Assembly: GCA_002794035.1 (NCBI GenBank)
Contig: PCXQ01000004.1
Span: 187,064-251,063, forward strand
Direction: 5' to 3'
Source: Candidatus Yanofskybacteria bacterium CG10_big_fil_rev_8_21_14_0_10_36_16
GTDB lineage: Bacteria; Patescibacteriota; Minisyncoccia; 2-02-FULL-40-12; IGHO2-01-FULL-4-A
Length of the DNA: 64,000 bases
Positions 1-9,403 of the stretch are shown in pieces. The notes below the pieces were generated by a model. That model had not been told where the DNA came from, ran no database searches, and was given only the letters and a program-made list of their open reading frames with translations. How positions within the stretch are numbered: the stretch's first letter is position 1; every line of letters begins with the position of its first letter. A program made the translations under genes and the position numbers.

Positions 1-327
1 ATAAACATTGATCCTTTTAGTTTCTGGCACTCTTCAGAGAAAAAAGACCCAGGATTAAATTTATCGCTTTATGATAACAAAAGTGCTGACCAACTGCTGG
101 AAAATGCCAGGCAAACGGTAAGTTTTGATGAAAGAATGCGAGTATATGAAGAATTCCAAGATATTCTTATTGAAGATGCCCCCGCGGTTTTCCTATATAG
201 TCCTGACTATCTTTATGTTCAACCAGACAAAATAAAAAATAACAATACAAAAATAATATCGGTTCCATCAGAAAGATTCGGCAACATAAATAAGTGGTAC
301 ATAAATACTAAAAGAGTATTTAAATAA
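1..327 (+). CDS. ABC peptide/nickel transporter substrate-binding protein (family 5), C-terminal part; begins before the window
   Basis: Frame 1 is open from base 1: DPFSFWHSS..PGLNLSLYDNKSADQLLENAR..R..Y..FQ.IL.ED.PAVFLY, typical of an OppA/DppA C-terminus. Confidence 0.85.
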   Translation: MNIDPFSFWHSSEKKDPGLNLSLYDNKSADQLLENARQTVSFDERMRVYEEFQDILIEDAPAVFLYSPDYLYVQPDKIKNNNTKIISVPSERFGNINKWYINTKRVFK

Positions 328-397
328 CACTTGGTCTTTGTAATTTCCCATATTGCCCAATCGGTGGAATTGGTAGACCTGCCCGCCAGTGCCTGAC

Positions 398-584
398 GCC
401 GATGTGGTGCGTTACTTATACAAATGGAGGGCGAGTGGTGGAATTGGTAGACACGTAGCGTTCAGGTCGCTATGGACGTAAGTCTGTGAGGGTTCAAATC
501 CCTCCTCGCCCACCATTTGTATGAAACACATCCCGCCAAGGCGGGATGTCGCAAGGCTTGTGGGTTCAACTCCCACCATCGGCA
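398..584 (+). pseudogene. Disrupted outer tRNA-Leu-like remnant enclosing the intact tRNA-Leu
   Basis: GCCGATG (398-404) pairs with CATCGGC-A (577-584); T arm GTGGG-TTCAACT-CCCAC at 560-576; variable-arm-like GTCGCAAGGC at 548-557; D and anticodon arms are absent. Confidence 0.7.
429..515 (+). tRNA. tRNA-Leu(CAG)
   Basis: Acceptor stem GGGCGAG/CTCGCCC plus ACCA, D arm TGGTGGAATTGGTAGACAC, anticodon arm TAGCG-TTCAGGT-CGCTA, long variable arm, T arm GAGGG-TTCAAAT-CCCTC. Confidence 0.95.
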
Positions 585-650
585 CTAGACATTGACAGGC
601 AGATACACCCCGCCAATACGGGGCAACAAATTAAATAATTAAAAAATAAT

Positions 651-2681
651 ATGAAAAAAGAAGAATTAAATTTCTCGTTAGAAAAAATGAAAGAACAAAA
701 TAAAATAAATGATACAGACTCACAAATTGAGGCTGTTTTAAGCACGGTCCCCCAACCTCCCCAACCTAATACATTGAGGTCCCAAAGCACATCCTCAGGG
801 AGACCAAATCGAAGCAGGGGGAACAGAAACATGAGGACAACCAGACCAATGGGACCTACAAATAGACAAGCCCCTAGAGCAGGGTCATCCAGTTCAACCC
901 AACAACCCAACACCCAAAGAAAAAAAAATCGTTATCAGCGCAACAGACGCGATCTCGCGCGTCCAATAAAACGTCTTCCAAAAGTAGAAAGAGAGCATGA
1001 AAGATACACAGAAGCTGAGATTGATTCGCTTAAAGTAATAGCCCTTGGGGGTCTTGGTGAAATCGGCAGAAATATGACCATCTTTGAATACAAAGATGAA
1101 ATAATATTAGTTGATGCCGGATTGGGATTCCCTGAAGACGACATGCCTGGAGTTGATTACACCATTCCCAACACCTACTATTTACAGAACAGAAAAGAAC
1201 ACATCAAAGGGATGGTTGTTACACATGGACACTTAGATCACATAGGAGCTATCCCTTATATAATGAACAAGATAGGAAATCCGCCCATATATACCGCTGA
1301 TCTAACAAGAGGAATTATACTTAAAAGGCATCAGGATTTTAAACATCTGCCCGAACTGGAAATTGAAGTTATAAAACCAAAAGAAAAGGTAAAACTTGGA
1401 AAATACTTTGAAGTTGAGCCATTTCTAATAAACCACACTATTCCGGATGATTTAGCTTTGATTATTCGCACTCCCGCAGGCACTGTTTTTCACACATCTG
1501 ATTATAAATTTGATCCTCAACCACTAAATCAAGATCCCGTTGACTTTGGAGAATTAGATAAAATTGGCGACGCAGGCATTGATCTTTTGATGGCTGATTC
1601 AACAGGTGCAGAAAAAGATGAGCCATCAATGTCAGAAACCGTAATACAAGAAAACTTAGACAAAATTTTTGCAGAATCTGACAAAATGATAATAGCTAGC
1701 ACCTTCTCATCTCTAATTAACCGTATACAACAATTAATAACTTTGTCTGAAAAATACGGACGCAAGGTTATATTGGATGGATTTAGCTTGAAAAATAATG
1801 TTGCAATTGCTCAAGAATTAAAACAAATCAATATTAAAAAAGAGACCCTTTTGCCTATAGCAGAAATCGACAAATACCCCAGGGAAAAAATAACCGTAAT
1901 AGGTACGGGTGCTCAAGGCGAAGGCCAAGCAATGCTTATGCGCATAGCTTCAGGAGAACACAGATATATTAAACTTCTCAAAGGTGATTCCGTTATATTT
2001 TCTTCGTCTGTAATTCCTGGAAACGAAAGGTCAGTTCAAAGAATCAAAGATTTGTTTTATCGCATGGGAACCAAGGTGTATCATTACGGCATGATGGACA
2101 TCCACGCGTCGGGACATGGCCACAAAGATGATTTGAAAAAAATGATAAAACTCATAAAACCAAAATTCTTTATGCCTATTCATGGACAATACTCAATGAT
2201 GGTAAATCATAGTTATCTGGCCCAAGAAGAAGGAGTACCTGAAAAAAATATTATAATTGCCGATAATGGCTCAATAGTTCATGTTACTCCAAGCGAAGTC
2301 TGGCTAGATAAAAAAACTATACCTGCTGACAATGTAATGGTTGATGGCCTTGGTATTGGTGATATAGGAAATGTAGTACTTCGTGACCGACAAGTACTAG
2401 CCGAAGACGGAATGTTTGTTATAATTGCCTTAGTGGACTTTAAAACAGGAAAAGTTAGATCTAGCCCAGATATTATTTCACGTGGATTTGTCTACCTTAA
2501 AGAAAACAAAGACCTCCTTATGGAAGTCCGCAAAAAAGTGCGACACTTAATTGAAAAGAAAACTACAAAACCAATAAACCGCGACTATATAAAAGATCTT
2601 ATAAGAGACGAGATAGGTCTATTCTTATTCCAAAGAACAGAACGAAGACCGATGGTTCTGCCGGTTGTGATTGAAATATAA
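651..2681 (+). CDS. rnj: Ribonuclease J with a long low-complexity N-terminal extension
   Basis: ALGGLGEIGRNM, THGHLDHIG metallo-beta-lactamase motif, beta-CASP IHASGH, PIHG. Confidence 0.96.
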   Translation: MKKEELNFSLEKMKEQNKINDTDSQIEAVLSTVPQPPQPNTLRSQSTSSGRPNRSRGNRNMRTTRPMGPTNRQAPRAGSSSSTQQPNTQRKKNRYQRNRRDLARPIKRLPKVEREHERYTEAEIDSLKVIALGGLGEIGRNMTIFEYKDEIILVDAGLGFPEDDMPGVDYTIPNTYYLQNRKEHIKGMVVTHGHLDHIGAIPYIMNKIGNPPIYTADLTRGIILKRHQDFKHLPELEIEVIKPKEKVKLGKYFEVEPFLINHTIPDDLALIIRTPAGTVFHTSDYKFDPQPLNQDPVDFGELDKIGDAGIDLLMADSTGAEKDEPSMSETVIQENLDKIFAESDKMIIASTFSSLINRIQQLITLSEKYGRKVILDGFSLKNNVAIAQELKQINIKKETLLPIAEIDKYPREKITVIGTGAQGEGQAMLMRIASGEHRYIKLLKGDSVIFSSSVIPGNERSVQRIKDLFYRMGTKVYHYGMMDIHASGHGHKDDLKKMIKLIKPKFFMPIHGQYSMMVNHSYLAQEEGVPEKNIIIADNGSIVHVTPSEVWLDKKTIPADNVMVDGLGIGDIGNVVLRDRQVLAEDGMFVIIALVDFKTGKVRSSPDIISRGFVYLKENKDLLMEVRKKVRHLIEKKTTKPINRDYIKDLIRDEIGLFLFQRTERRPMVLPVVIEI

Positions 2682-2749
2682 AAGGTTCATTAAATCACAA
2701 AGAGATCCCGAACAAAGTGAGGGGCCGGTTGTCATCGAAATCTAATCTT

Positions 2750-2923
2750 GTGATTTGCGTGTTAAATTAGTAAGCCCCAATAATAATGGGCTTAGACTAA
2801 TTTAACCACAGAGGCTTGTCCAATTTTTTCGTTGGAACTTTAGCATTAGCACTCAACGTACTATTTGTACGCCTCGTACTAATGCTAAATTCCGCCTCAA
2901 ACTTAAACAAGCACGCAAATCAC
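2750..2923. repeat. Structured inverted-repeat element (MITE/REP-like), copy 1
   Basis: Terminal IR GTGATTTGCGTG...CACGCAAATCAC; internal AAGCCC..GGGCTT hairpin and CGTAC-N4-GTACG hairpin. Confidence 0.7.
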
Positions 2924-2946
2924 TAAAAACTTGGCAAACTAAGATT

Positions 2947-3951
2947 ATGCGTATTTTTAGTGGAATCAGGCCCAGCGGTAATTTGCATTTAGGCAATTAC
3001 CTTGGGGCTGTTAAAAATTGGATTGAATTACAAAATAAACCAGATACAGAGCTGGCGGTTTTTGGCGTTATGGATTATCACGGCATCACAACGCCTTATG
3101 ATCCAAAAACATACAGAAATCAAGTTTTGTCCGTAGCTACGGAGTATATTTCTGCAGGACTTAATCCGGACGGAAAAAAGATATTACTTATTCGCCAATC
3201 TCGTGTCCCCCAACACACAGAGCTCGCATGGCTTTTTAACACAATCACACCCATCAGTTGGTTAAATCGTCTGCCAACCTACAAGGAACAGCTTGAAAAA
3301 TCACCTAAGTATAATCATATAGGTCTTTTTGACTACCCAGTACTTATGGCAGCAGACATACTCGCATATAAAGCTGGGACCGTACCTGTTGGTGCTGACC
3401 AAATGGCACACATTGATATAACCAATGAGATAGCCAAGAAATTTAATTCTATGTTTGGAGAAACATTTAGCTCTGTAAAAGTGCCCAAGATTGAAGGAGC
3501 TCGCATAATGTCTCTTCAAAATCCAAACAACAAGATGTCCAAAACCACTTCGGCAGGCTCAGGACAAGCCGGAGATGAAGCAATAATGCTACTTGATACA
3601 CCAGATGAGGTCAGAAATAAAATAAAAAAGGCAGTAACCGACTCAGGTAGCGAGATAAAATTTGATATAAAAGAAAAACCCGCAATTTCAAACCTTCTCT
3701 CAATATTCAGCTTGGTGGTCAACAAAGAAATTCCTGAACTTGAAAAACAATATAGCAATAAAAGTTATTCTGAATTTAAAAACGATTTAGCAGAAGTTGT
3801 TGTATCATTCTTAAAGCCCTTCCAAGAAAAATATAAAGAAATTAATTCAAATCCAAATGAAGTAGAGGAAACATTGATTAAATCTGAAGAAAACGCTATA
3901 AATATAGTGAGCAGTACACTAAAAGAAGTAAAAGAAAAAATGGGTTTATAG
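2947..3951 (+). CDS. trpS: Tryptophan--tRNA ligase
   Basis: SGIRPSGNLHLGNYLG (HIGH), YPVLMAADIL, VPVGADQ, KMSKT. Confidence 0.97.
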   Translation: MRIFSGIRPSGNLHLGNYLGAVKNWIELQNKPDTELAVFGVMDYHGITTPYDPKTYRNQVLSVATEYISAGLNPDGKKILLIRQSRVPQHTELAWLFNTITPISWLNRLPTYKEQLEKSPKYNHIGLFDYPVLMAADILAYKAGTVPVGADQMAHIDITNEIAKKFNSMFGETFSSVKVPKIEGARIMSLQNPNNKMSKTTSAGSGQAGDEAIMLLDTPDEVRNKIKKAVTDSGSEIKFDIKEKPAISNLLSIFSLVVNKEIPELEKQYSNKSYSEFKNDLAEVVVSFLKPFQEKYKEINSNPNEVEETLIKSEENAINIVSSTLKEVKEKMGL

Positions 3952-3985
3952 CCCTGACAAAAACATACACAACGAGGAGGACGCC

Positions 3986-4087
3986 ATGAAGAAAGCACTA
4001 TCCTTTATTATTATGATGCCCCTTTTCCCTCTTTTTTGCATAATGTGTGCCGAAACCCACAGAGTAAAATTTCCTCATTTTGAATAA
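3986..4087 (+). CDS. Putative 33-aa small hydrophobic protein (MKKALSFIIMMPLFPLFCIMCAETHRVKFPHFE)
   Basis: Strong SD GAGGAGG 5 nt before ATG; ends just before a GC hairpin terminator; below the ORF-track length cutoff. Confidence 0.4.
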   Translation: MKKALSFIIMMPLFPLFCIMCAETHRVKFPHFE

Positions 4088-4094
4088 AAATGCA

Positions 4095-4112
4095 CCCCCG
4101 CCTTGGCGGGGT
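4095..4112. terminator. GC-rich hairpin CCCCGCC-TT-GGCGGGG
   Basis: Perfect stem followed by a T-rich tract. Confidence 0.65.
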
Positions 4113-4160
4113 CTTTATTTGCATATAATCCATTTTTATGCTATATTGTTAAGTATTATA

Positions 4161-4320
4161 CAGGTCCTTAATGAAATGATTTTCGTAGCGAGGATTTCAA
4201 ATTTTTAGACATAAACTATTAAAATTTGAGATGCATACTGGACGTATGTTGAACAAATTTTGATAGTTTAGAGCAAAAATTTTTAATCCGCAGTAGAAAA
4301 ATCATTGCGTTAAAGATCTG
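4161..4320 (+). repeat. 160-nt long imperfect hairpin in the rpmF leader (structured element copy 2)
   Basis: CAGGTCCTTAA...TTAAAGATCTG ends; AAACTATTAAAATTTG/CAAATTTTGATAGTTT arms; central CATAC-N5-GTATG. Confidence 0.7.
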
Positions 4321-4325
4321 CCAGC

Positions 4326-4541
4326 ATGCCAGAACCAAAGAAACACAAAACTAGAGGCGGTAGTAACCGCAGAAGAAGCCACTTAGCACTAAAGAAATTA
4401 GTGCTGGTTTCATGTGGCCACTGTGGAAAGGCTAGAACTCCTCACCGTGTCTGCCCTAACTGTGGTTTTTACAAAAACATAGAAGCAGTAAACGTATTAG
4501 AAAAAGAATTAAAAAAGAAAGAAAAGAAAAACCGATCCTAA
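4326..4541 (+). CDS. rpmF: 50S ribosomal protein L32 (Zn-ribbon form)
   Basis: PKKHKT..RRRSH, CGHCG...PHRVCPNCGFY. Confidence 0.95.
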   Translation: MPEPKKHKTRGGSNRRRSHLALKKLVLVSCGHCGKARTPHRVCPNCGFYKNIEAVNVLEKELKKKEKKNRS

Positions 4542-4612
4542 TGTACTAATTGATACTAGTGATGCTAAGATGTTCTAACAATTAACACCACTAGTATATT
4601 GGAACAGTATCA

Positions 4613-5116
4613 GTGGCCTCAAGACATTTGTCACGTTCAATAGCAATGCAATCACTCTATGAGTGGGATTTTGGTGGGCAAAAAAATGAAAAACTTCCCG
4701 AAATTGTCGAACACAACATACAAGAATTTGCTTCCGGCTTAAAGGAGGAGCATATTGAATTTGTTAAATCACTAGTTGAAGGAACAATCTCAAAACAAAA
4801 AGAAATAGACGCTATCGTAGAAAAAGCCGCTCCTCAGTGGCCAATAAAACAAATCGCGATGGTAGACAAAGCTGTATTACGCCTTGGTATTTATGAACTT
4901 CTATTTGGGAAAAGAGATGAGGTTCCTCCAAAAGTAGCTATAAATGAATCAATAGAGCTTGCTAAAACATTCGGTGGTGATGCATCAGGCAAGTTTGTAA
5001 ATGGAGTACTGGGAACTATTTACAGAGAAATCGGTGAACCAGGCAAAGATGATAAGCCAAAAGAAAAAGAAGATTCCCCTGACCCAGAGGAATCTGAAGA
5101 TAAAAAAACAGAATAA
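4613..5116 (+). CDS. nusB: Transcription antitermination factor NusB
   Basis: [46 protein letters not shown]. Confidence 0.95.
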   Translation: MASRHLSRSIAMQSLYEWDFGGQKNEKLPEIVEHNIQEFASGLKEEHIEFVKSLVEGTISKQKEIDAIVEKAAPQWPIKQIAMVDKAVLRLGIYELLFGKRDEVPPKVAINESIELAKTFGGDASGKFVNGVLGTIYREIGEPGKDDKPKEKEDSPDPEESEDKKTE

Positions 5117-5210
5117 GTTAATTAAAAATAAATTTGAATTAGGAATCAGGAATTAGGAGTTATGAATTTTAATTACAATTCATGATTCATGCTTCGTGAT
5201 TCTAGTTTTT

Positions 5211-5918
5211 ATGCACGAAGATAAAGTGGCCGATTTAGAAAAAAATATCGGCATAACCTTCTCAAACAAGGACCATGCTTTACAGGCCCTTACGCACAGG
5301 TCATATCTCAATGAAAATACAAAATGGCATTTAGATCACAATGAGCGCCTAGAATTCTTAGGTGATGCGGTTTTAGAATTGGTTGTAACCGAATATTTAT
5401 ACACCAAATACCCCGACAAACCCGAGGGCGAAATGACGAATTGGCGCGCAGCATTAGTAAACTCAATAATGCTAGCTAAAATTTCGTCTAAATTCAGCCT
5501 GAATGACAATGTGCTTTTATCACGAGGCGAAGCTCGAGATACAGGAAGAGCAAGACAATATATACTGGCCAATGCGGTTGAGGCACTAATAGGAGCTCTT
5601 TACCTAGATCAAGGTTATAAGGTATGCGCGGAATTCATAAATAAATTTATTATTTCCGAACTTGACGATATACTAGAAAACAAACTCTACAAAGATTATA
5701 AGAGCTTATTCCAAGAAGAGGCTCAAGACAAAGTTGGTATTACCCCTACATATGAAGTGGTTGATGAATGGGGTCCGGACCATGCCAAAACATTTAAGGT
5801 AGGATTGTTCTTGGAAAAAGATAAGATATCTGAAGGTGAAGGCAAATCAAAACAAGAGGCCCAACAAGAAGCTGCGAAAAAAGGGCTAGAAGCAAAAGGA
5901 TGGGGAGAAAAAATTTGA
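5211..5918 (+). CDS. rnc: Ribonuclease III
   Basis: ALTHRSY, NERLEFLGDAVL signature, C-terminal dsRBD (GPDHAKTF...GKSKQEAQQEAA); ATG at 5211 preferred over GTG at 5196. Confidence 0.96.
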   Translation: MHEDKVADLEKNIGITFSNKDHALQALTHRSYLNENTKWHLDHNERLEFLGDAVLELVVTEYLYTKYPDKPEGEMTNWRAALVNSIMLAKISSKFSLNDNVLLSRGEARDTGRARQYILANAVEALIGALYLDQGYKVCAEFINKFIISELDDILENKLYKDYKSLFQEEAQDKVGITPTYEVVDEWGPDHAKTFKVGLFLEKDKISEGEGKSKQEAQQEAAKKGLEAKGWGEKI

Positions 5919-5930
5919 TATTAACCTAAA

Positions 5931-5954
5931 ACCCCTCCGCCTAAGGCGGAGGGG
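5931..5954. terminator. Bidirectional terminator CCCCTCCGCC-TAA-GGCGGAGGGG
   Basis: Perfect stem flanked by A and T tracts between convergent genes. Confidence 0.75.
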
Positions 5955-5978
5955 TTTTTAAATTTAAACAAAATTACA

Positions 5979-6182
5979 CTAAATAATAAAAGGCAAACGC
6001 ATAATATACCCGACAACAATCATTGTTATGCCCCAAATACCAATAGCGTGCTCACGACGCATAATCTTAAAAACAGCATCATCAACTTGGTGTTCTTGTC
6101 TGAAACGATAATGAACCATGATTGCCGTATAAGCAATCATGATTTTACCAACAACATCTAATGTTTCTCCGATTAATTCCAT
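5979..6182 (-). CDS. Small two-TM membrane protein
   Basis: 67-aa ORF with two hydrophobic segments. Confidence 0.7.
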   Translation of the reverse strand: MELIGETLDVVGKIMIAYTAIMVHYRFRQEHQVDDAVFKIMRREHAIGIWGITMIVVGYIMRLPFII

Positions 6183-6262
6183 GTTTCTAAAAAAATAATA
6201 AAAATATTTTAATCCCCCGATATTAATTAATTTTAAAATTGTCTTTTGTTATAATTAAAATT

Positions 6263-6823
6263 ATGCACAAGAAAAGCATCTTCGTAATAATATTTGTTGG
6301 AGTTTTGCTGGCCTTATCTTTTTGGCTTTCAGAGCTTTTGGCAGAAAATGACGTGGTAAAAGAATTGGTATTTGGTTATGGTTATGCCGGAATGTTTTTA
6401 ATCTCCATAATAAGCGGATTCAACATCGTAATACCCGTGCCAGCTATTACTTTTTTACCAGTATTCACCGGAGCTGGACTAGGTTTTTGGAGCTCAATCA
6501 TTATAATCACTGCTGGTATGACAATCGGAGATGGACTGGGTTACATAATAGGACGCACTGGCAATAGATTAGCAAGGGACAAGAATAAAATTAAAAGATA
6601 CATAAAAGAAATAATGAACACCAAAAAAAAATACAATCTTGGTGTTGTGACCCTACTCTTTATTTATGCGGCATTTATACCGGCTCCCAATGAAGTAATA
6701 ATTATACCGCTAGGATTTATGGGGTATCGTTTTAAACACATTTTTCCAGTCGTATTAGCGGGCAACTTAGTTTTCAATACCCTCTCAGCCTTTGGAGTTA
6801 CAAATCTTTTTAAAATAATCTAA
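6263..6823 (+). CDS. DedA/VTT (SNARE-associated) family membrane protein
   Basis: YGYAGMFL...IPVPA...G.TIGDGLGYIIGR...P.PNEV..IPLG pattern. Confidence 0.75.
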   Translation: MHKKSIFVIIFVGVLLALSFWLSELLAENDVVKELVFGYGYAGMFLISIISGFNIVIPVPAITFLPVFTGAGLGFWSSIIIITAGMTIGDGLGYIIGRTGNRLARDKNKIKRYIKEIMNTKKKYNLGVVTLLFIYAAFIPAPNEVIIIPLGFMGYRFKHIFPVVLAGNLVFNTLSAFGVTNLFKII

Positions 6824-8388
6824 AAACCAGGCAATCTTATAGACCCGGGCTTTGTTGGATCAAATCCGTTAAGCACTTCTTCTCCATCATCATAACCATC
6901 CCCATCGGTATCGGGATTTTCAAGATCAGTTCCATAAATGCTTTCATAACTATCTAATAGCCCATCTTCATCTGTATCTCCAGAAAATATACTTCCAATC
7001 AATCCCTCAAACAACTCTTCGCCTGAAACAGACCCAGAAGGAACAGCAACTGAAACTGGCTCATTAAATCCGTTAAACCCATATGCAAATGTAGCAGTTA
7101 CAGTTGACGTCTCCTGAGGATCTATAAACAGTAAGTCAATACTTATCTTTCTGGGCAACAAATCATTTTTACCTATCCAAATATCTCCCGCCATTTGTAT
7201 GGCAGATAAAAGTTGGTTCATCTGCTGCTCAGAATAATTAGAATATTCTGAACTAATTCCCTTTTCTTCAGCTAGAATTTGTAAAACTTCACTAATATAT
7301 TTAACTAGGGCTTCACTATCTACAATAAATCTTAGGTGTCGCGTCTCTATGCCATCTATATTTTCGGAGCTCAATTCATCTCTCAGTTTTAAAATTCCTG
7401 ATTCTTTGAATTTGTCTATAAGCATTTGAGTTTCTTCATCCGTCAGCTGTTTACCGCCTATATCTAAACCTACGCCTTGATTCTGTACTTTGGTAGCATC
7501 AAATTCATACCATTGGCCTTTTATCTTATTTACAACTGGCACAAAAAGATTATTTACTTCTTGGCTATTCTCGCTATTATTGCCTAACTCAAAATCAGAT
7601 AGGTTTATGTAAAATTTGTGACCCGCACTTATTGTTTGAGCTGAAAAATTTACAAAATCTCCTACATCAATTCTTCCACTCATATCAAATTGGAATGTTG
7701 ACTTTTCATTACCTGGAATTGAATGGTCAAAAACTCCCTCTGAACTTAATCTAAACGAACCACTCAATCCATTAAATTTACCCACGTCTCCGTGCCCCTG
7801 CTCCTGAACTGAAACCTCTCCAGAAAATTGGGCCACTTCTACAGCATCTAGAACAAGTGAGCTCAACAATATATTAGCAAAAGAAGATTTGGACCTAACA
7901 AAACCGTTAATATTTGAATCCTCCTGATTAAAGGCTGACTGGCCAATAAAGAAATCAGCATTAACAGTTACCGAATACTTCCCTGATTTAACTTCGCTTA
8001 ATTTCTCTAATGAATTTATCAAAACAAACTCTGGAGTGCTTTGCCCCAAATACCAATATCCTGCAGCCGCTCCCGCAGCCAAAACAAGAAGTACAACAAA
8101 CACAATAGCCGCTTTTCTACCTGCAGATGATTTTCTAGGAATCGAGGAAACAACACTACTCTGAATTTTTGGCTGAGCTTGTTCGCCAAATGTCTGATTA
8201 ACTTCTCCACCGCTTGCCGACTTTAAATCATTTTCTGGAATACTTTTTTTACCATCAACTTCATTAAAAGCTTCCTCAACATCTTGCTCTTGCCAACCAG
8301 AACTTAAAAGAGCTCTTTTTATCAAAGAGTCGTCCGCGATTGTTTGTCTAGCCTGTTTTATATATTCTGTTATCTCACTTTTTGCCAT
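6820..8388 (-). CDS. Membrane-anchored surface protein with C-terminal TSP3-like Ca-binding (DTDGDG) repeats
   Basis: N-terminal helical domain, one TM, beta-rich LppX/LolA-like body, DTDEDGLLD..GTD..NPDTDGDGYDDGEEV. Confidence 0.75.
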   Translation of the reverse strand: MAKSEITEYIKQARQTIADDSLIKRALLSSGWQEQDVEEAFNEVDGKKSIPENDLKSASGGEVNQTFGEQAQPKIQSSVVSSIPRKSSAGRKAAIVFVVLLVLAAGAAAGYWYLGQSTPEFVLINSLEKLSEVKSGKYSVTVNADFFIGQSAFNQEDSNINGFVRSKSSFANILLSSLVLDAVEVAQFSGEVSVQEQGHGDVGKFNGLSGSFRLSSEGVFDHSIPGNEKSTFQFDMSGRIDVGDFVNFSAQTISAGHKFYINLSDFELGNNSENSQEVNNLFVPVVNKIKGQWYEFDATKVQNQGVGLDIGGKQLTDEETQMLIDKFKESGILKLRDELSSENIDGIETRHLRFIVDSEALVKYISEVLQILAEEKGISSEYSNYSEQQMNQLLSAIQMAGDIWIGKNDLLPRKISIDLLFIDPQETSTVTATFAYGFNGFNEPVSVAVPSGSVSGEELFEGLIGSIFSGDTDEDGLLDSYESIYGTDLENPDTDGDGYDDGEEVLNGFDPTKPGSIRLPGF

Positions 8389-8492
8389 CTATATTATTAT
8401 AACATTAATTAATTTATAAAATTATATACTTAGTGGATAAATACTATAAAACATGGTGGTATAATATAACTAGCTAAAAAATTAAAGCCTCC

Positions 8493-9026
8493 ATGAGCGA
8501 TCAAACACAATTAAACACAATCTATCCCAACCAACCGCCGCCGCCAAGACCACCATCTCCCCCTTCTTCTGATTCTCAGACGAACTATCAAATAACACCC
8601 GAAGCGGAAAGCCAAAAAACCGCTAACCGAGAAAGATTAGCCAGTTTTTTGATTTTGCTTTCTGGTTTTGCCATAACATATCTTGCATTTGCACACATAA
8701 ACAACCTCTGGCCTTGGGAAACAATATTCAACAATTCCATAAACGCCAAAACACCAAAAATAGTAAGGGACCTATGCTCAGCAAAAGTTTCGAAATCACT
8801 ATCAGTTGATAGTATAAAAATTACATTTCAACCAGTAAACCCCAGGGCATATTCTTGTGATTATGGAATATGGAGAGTAACAAATGGGTCTTCATTTGTT
8901 GAAACATCTTATTATTTTGATTCCCAAGGACGCTATCTTGATCACTGCAACCAAATAGAGCACCCCTCTGGATGCAATACCTACGGGTCATTGTTGTGCG
9001 ATAATACAGTAAATTTTTGCAGATAA
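8493..9026 (+). CDS. Hypothetical single-TM protein, Pro-rich N-terminus and Cys-rich external domain
   Basis: 177-aa ORF with one TM and 6 Cys. Confidence 0.7.
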   Translation: MSDQTQLNTIYPNQPPPPRPPSPPSSDSQTNYQITPEAESQKTANRERLASFLILLSGFAITYLAFAHINNLWPWETIFNNSINAKTPKIVRDLCSAKVSKSLSVDSIKITFQPVNPRAYSCDYGIWRVTNGSSFVETSYYFDSQGRYLDHCNQIEHPSGCNTYGSLLCDNTVNFCR

Positions 9027-9106
9027 TATAACAAATAATCTCAAAAATTAAATATTGAATATCAAGTCAACCTTGATATTCAAGTTGTTATTTTTGAACT
9101 TAATCA

Positions 9107-9304
9107 GTGTTTGACAATCATTTGTACAACCTAATGCTTCAAATAACCCAAGAGCATAAATCATTATGGAGAATCAAAAACAATTACGAAAAAGATGCTG
9201 GCGAATGCCCTGAGTGCCAAGCATTCTGGGACAAAATGGAAAAAGACAAAAAAGATCACATAAATGAATTGCAGGGATTAATAAAAAAGCATATGGAACA
9301 ATAG
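9107..9304 (+). CDS. Small ferritin-like helical protein
   Basis: YNL..Q...E.KSLWRI...Y.KDA..C.EC...W......K..H pattern. Confidence 0.65.
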   Translation: MFDNHLYNLMLQITQEHKSLWRIKNNYEKDAGECPECQAFWDKMEKDKKDHINELQGLIKKHMEQ

Positions 9305-9403
9305 CAACCAGCACGAAACAAAAAAGCATAGAGTTATCTCTGTGCTTTTTTTATAAAAACAAGCCCCTCCTAGGAGGGGCTATTTTAATGTAGTAATTAG
9401 CCT

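Noticed and set aside
398-584. Intron-containing or permuted functional tRNA
   Set aside because: Removing the insert does not restore D and anticodon arms, and no group I core is visible; kept only as a remnant
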